Part shown: positions 60,956 through 64,000 of the stretch, in pieces | Numbering within the stretch: position 1 is the first letter of the stretch | Layout: every line of letters begins with the position of its first letter | Source: Deinococcus sp. | GTDB lineage: Bacteria > Deinococcota > Deinococci > Deinococcales > Deinococcaceae | Direction of reading: 5' to 3' | Length of the DNA: 64,000 nucleotides | Assembly: GCA_965261005.1 (NCBI GenBank) | Contig: OZ253376.1 | Span: 128,001-192,000, forward strand | Position numbers and translations under genes: made by a program | Notes under the pieces: generated by a model | Database searches by the model: none | Told to the model about the DNA's origin: nothing | Seen by the model: only the letters and a program-made list of their open reading frames with translations

Positions 60956-61849
60956 ATGACCGCCATGACCCAGCCCGCCGCCCAAGCCGGCACCTATACC
61001 CTCGGAGACCGCAGCGTGAACCGCATGGGGTACGGGGCTATGCAGCTCGCCGGTCCCGGCGTCTTCGGCCCGCCGCGCGACCCGGACGCCGCCCTGGCCG
61101 TGCTGCGTGAGTCCATTGAGTTGGGCGTCAACCACATCGATACCAGCGACTTCTACGGGCCGCACGTCACCAACCAGGCCATCCGGCAGGCCCTCCAGCC
61201 CTACCCGGGTGAGCTGGTAATCGTGACCAAGGTCGGCGCGCGCCGCCCCGAGGATGGGTCCTGGGTCCCGGCCATGTCGAGGCCGGAGCTGCAACAGGCC
61301 GTCCACGACAACCTGCGAAACCTCGGCCTCGACGCGCTGGACGTCGTGAACCTTCGCATGATGGGCGGCGGGGCGGGACATGGGCCGGTGGAGGAATCGG
61401 TCTCGGAGCCGTTGATGGCCCTGGCCGAGCTGAAGGAGCAAGGGCTGATCCGGCACCTGGGCCTGAGCAACGTCACGCCCGCGCAGCTGGCCGAGGCGCA
61501 GACCATCAGCGAGATCGTCTGCGTGCAGAACATGTACAACCTGGCGCACCGGGAGGACGACGCCTTCATTGACGAGCTGGCGCGCCAAGGCATCGCCTAC
61601 GTGCCGTTTTTCCCGCTGGGCGGGTTCTCGCCGCTTCAGTCGAACACGCTGAACGAGGTGGCCGCCGATCTCGGCACCTCGCCGAATGCGGTGGCGCTGG
61701 CCTGGCTCCTCCGGCGCTCGCCCAACATCCTGCTGATTCCCGGCACCTCGTCACCAGCGCACCTGCGCGAGAACGTCGCCGCCGCCACGCTCACCTTGCC
61801 GGAAGACGTGTTGGCGCAGCTCGACGGGGTCGCTGCTCAGTCAAGCTGA
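60956..61849 (+). CDS. aldo/keto reductase (YdbC-like)
   Basis: RMGYGAMQL, IDTSDFYGP, VQNMYN, PFFPLG, IPGTSS. Confidence 0.92.
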   Translation: MTAMTQPAAQAGTYTLGDRSVNRMGYGAMQLAGPGVFGPPRDPDAALAVLRESIELGVNHIDTSDFYGPHVTNQAIRQALQPYPGELVIVTKVGARRPEDGSWVPAMSRPELQQAVHDNLRNLGLDALDVVNLRMMGGGAGHGPVEESVSEPLMALAELKEQGLIRHLGLSNVTPAQLAEAQTISEIVCVQNMYNLAHREDDAFIDELARQGIAYVPFFPLGGFSPLQSNTLNEVAADLGTSPNAVALAWLLRRSPNILLIPGTSSPAHLRENVAAATLTLPEDVLAQLDGVAAQSS

Positions 61850-61916
61850 CAGAACGGACTGCGGAGGGTCCGCCTCCACATCTCGTTTGGACGCGAGTAG
61901 GCACCGAGGGGAAAAG

Positions 61917-62050
61917 ATAAAGCAGTCAGATTTGACGAATATGGCGATGAACATGTCTTACAAGTGCGTGACGTGCCTGACCCGCAGGTGACCCAGGGGC
62001 GGGTGCTGGTGCGGGTCAGGGCGGCGGGCACCAATCCGGGTGAAGCCGCC
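61917..62050 (+). pseudogene. 5' stub of an NADP-dependent MDR/quinone oxidoreductase
   Basis: AT-AAA (G of ATG missing) then KAVRFDEYGDEHVLQVRDVPDPQVTQGRVLVRVRAAGTNPGEAA, cut off at the stop of the convergent SBP gene. Confidence 0.7.
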
Positions 62051-62052
62051 TC

Positions 62053-63570
62053 TTACTTTCCCGCGAGCCAGGCGGCGCGCAGCCCCAGGTAAGACGTGTT
62101 GGAAAAGTGCTGATAGCCCTTCACGTTTTGGCGGCTGGCCTCGTACTGCGCCGAGGTGTAGAGAAAGGCCATCGGACTCAGCTCGATCAGGCGCTTCTGC
62201 ACTTGGTCGTAGATGGCCTTGCGCGCGCCCGCACCCGTGGTGGCGCGGCCCTTTTCTAAGAGGGCGTCGAGCGTCTTGTCGCCGAAGTTGAGCAGGTTGC
62301 CGCCGCTGTCGCTCTTAAAGGGGGTGTAGAGGTAGTCGTCGGGGTCCCCCTGGCCGGACTCGCCCAAAATGGTGGCGTCGTAATCCTTTTTGATGATCTC
62401 GGGCAGGTAGACGCTCCACTCCTCGGCGGTGATTTTGACCTGGATGCCCAGCGGCGCCAGCTGCGCCTGGATGATCTCGGCGGGCGTGCGCAGAAAGTCG
62501 TAGGTGGAGGTCACCTTGAGGTTCATGGGAAAGCCGTTCGCGTACCCGGCCTCCTTGAGCAGGGCGCGCGCCTTGTCGAGGTTGGGCTTGCCGTAGCCCG
62601 GGTCGGCGTAGGCGTAGTAATTCCCCCCCGGGATAGTCGAACCCTGCGACGGGAGACCGCCCGTGCCCAGCAGCGCCACGTCCACGATCTCGGGGTCGTT
62701 GAGGGCGTAGGCGACGGCCCGGCGCACCCGCGCGTCGTCGAAGGGTTTGACCTTGGCGTTGAAGAAGATCGCCCGGTAATTGGCGCTGGGGCCGCCCTCA
62801 ACCATGATCTGCTTGTCCGCTTGCAAGGTCTTCACGTCGGTGGCCGGCACGTACTCGATCCAGTCCACGCTGCCGGTGCGCAGGGCGGTCACGCGGGCGG
62901 TCGGGTCGGACAGGTAGCTGTAGGTGACGCCGTCGAGGTACGGCAGCTTGTTCCCCTTCGCGTCCCTGCCCCAGAAGTTGGGATTTTTCTTGAGGACCAT
63001 GCGGGTCTGCGGCACGTACTCCTGAAACACGAAGGGGCCGGTACCGACCGGCTTGGTGTTCAGGGTGGCGGCGGCCTCTTTTGGAACCACCACGTTGAGG
63101 CTAAAGGCGAGCTTGGCGAGCAGCGGCGAGAAGGGCTTTTTGAGCTTGAAGACGGCCGTGTTTGGCCCCGTCGCCGTCACGGAGTCCACCACGTCGAAGT
63201 CGCCGCTTCTGGGCGACTTGGTGGCCGGGTCCTTGATGCGGTTGATGGAGTAGGCCACGTCGGCGGCCGTCATGCTGCGGCCGTTGTGGAACTTGACACC
63301 GCTCCTGATGGTGAAGGTCCAGGTCAGGCCGTCTTTGCTGGTGGTCCACTTGGTCGCCAGCGACGGCACGATCTTGCCCTCGGCGTCAAAGGCGACCACG
63401 GTGTCGTAGACGTTCTCCAACTGGTTGCGGGTGGAGGTGGCCTGGGTGACGTGCGGATCGAGGCCCACCGGGTCGGCCTGCATCCCGGCGCGCAGGGTGC
63501 CGCCGTAGGTCTGGGCCTGAGCGAGGCTGCCGAACGCGAGGGCAAAACCGAGCAAGACAACTCTATTCAT
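62053..63570 (-). CDS. peptide ABC substrate-binding protein (family 5)
   Basis: Signal peptide; GLDPH, GVKFHNG, PVGTGPF. Confidence 0.94.
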   Translation of the reverse strand: MNRVVLLGFALAFGSLAQAQTYGGTLRAGMQADPVGLDPHVTQATSTRNQLENVYDTVVAFDAEGKIVPSLATKWTTSKDGLTWTFTIRSGVKFHNGRSMTAADVAYSINRIKDPATKSPRSGDFDVVDSVTATGPNTAVFKLKKPFSPLLAKLAFSLNVVVPKEAAATLNTKPVGTGPFVFQEYVPQTRMVLKKNPNFWGRDAKGNKLPYLDGVTYSYLSDPTARVTALRTGSVDWIEYVPATDVKTLQADKQIMVEGGPSANYRAIFFNAKVKPFDDARVRRAVAYALNDPEIVDVALLGTGGLPSQGSTIPGGNYYAYADPGYGKPNLDKARALLKEAGYANGFPMNLKVTSTYDFLRTPAEIIQAQLAPLGIQVKITAEEWSVYLPEIIKKDYDATILGESGQGDPDDYLYTPFKSDSGGNLLNFGDKTLDALLEKGRATTGAGARKAIYDQVQKRLIELSPMAFLYTSAQYEASRQNVKGYQHFSNTSYLGLRAAWLAGK

Positions 63571-63605
63571 ATGGACTCCTTACGCGCTGCTTCTATGCAC
63601 TGCTT

Positions 63606-64000
63606 CTATGCATTGCGCAGCCGCGGGTCGAGCACGTCCCGCAGCCCGTCGCCGAGCAGGTTGAAGCCGAGCACCGTCAGCATAATCGCGAGGCCGGGAC
63701 CGAGCGAAATCCAGGGGTTGAGTTCCAGGTAGGGGCGCCCGTCGGCGATCATCTGGCCCCAAGCGGGCGCGGGCGGCTGGGTGCCCAGGCCCAGAAACGA
63801 GAGGGCGGCCTCGGCCAGAATGGCGTAGGCCAGGCGCAGCGTCACCTCCACCAAGATGGGGGCGACGGCGTTGGGCAGCACGTGGCGCCACAGCAGGCGC
63901 GCGGGCGCCGCACCCAGGGCGCCGCTCGCCTCCACGAACATGGCCTCGCGCAGCCGCAGCACCGCCGCCCGCGCCACCCGCGCGAAGGGGGCGGTGTAGG
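63606..64000 (-). CDS. peptide ABC permease (DppC-like), 3' part
   Basis: RHVLPN, EAALSFLGLG, GDGLRDVLDPR. Confidence 0.9.
   Translation of the reverse strand, partial: YTAPFARVARAAVLRLREAMFVEASGALGAAPARLLWRHVLPNAVAPILVEVTLRLAYAILAEAALSFLGLGTQPPAPAWGQMIADGRPYLELNPWISLGPGLAIMLTVLGFNLLGDGLRDVLDPRLRNA

Overview
GC-rich window that looks like part of a Deinococcus-type secondary replicon (megaplasmid/chromid); the taxon is inferred from the repeat families, ParA type and leaderless promoters. At its centre (23.4-27.3 kb) is a complete replication/partition module: repA (minus), an AT-rich unwinding element, 12 iterons (11 at ~33-bp spacing), and parAB flanked by two copies of a perfect 24-26-bp palindrome (candidate parS). 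The ParA lacks the deviant-Walker-A signature lysine. Catabolic cargo surrounds it: (1) an 11-gene operon (peptide ABC, GntR, creatininase-like amidohydrolase, ApbA/ketopantoate-reductase-like, SDR, M20 peptidase, RraA/HMG aldolase, M32 carboxypeptidase) that I cannot match to a characterised pathway; (2) anmK, SDR, GPH-MFS, a wHTH regulator, haloalkane dehalogenase and BVMO; (3) an ApbE-DUF2271-PepSY flavinylation trio; (4) a peptide ABC with two tandem beta-lactamase-fold hydrolases and an atypical D-aminoacylase; (5) a cytoplasmic PaoABC-like Mo-enzyme with tautomerase and TetR; (6) a LacI-controlled sugar ABC/GH1/GH42/GH-A lipoprotein/nucleoside hydrolase operon whose second permease carries an amber stop; (7) TetR/SDR/AKR genes and another peptide ABC. 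There are several deletion scars (lutBC, a kdgK::eda fusion stub, an MDR stub), two structured SRE/SNR-like intergenic repeats, and recurrent 12-16-bp tandem duplications at gene boundaries. No rRNA, tRNA, CRISPR array or transposase was seen.
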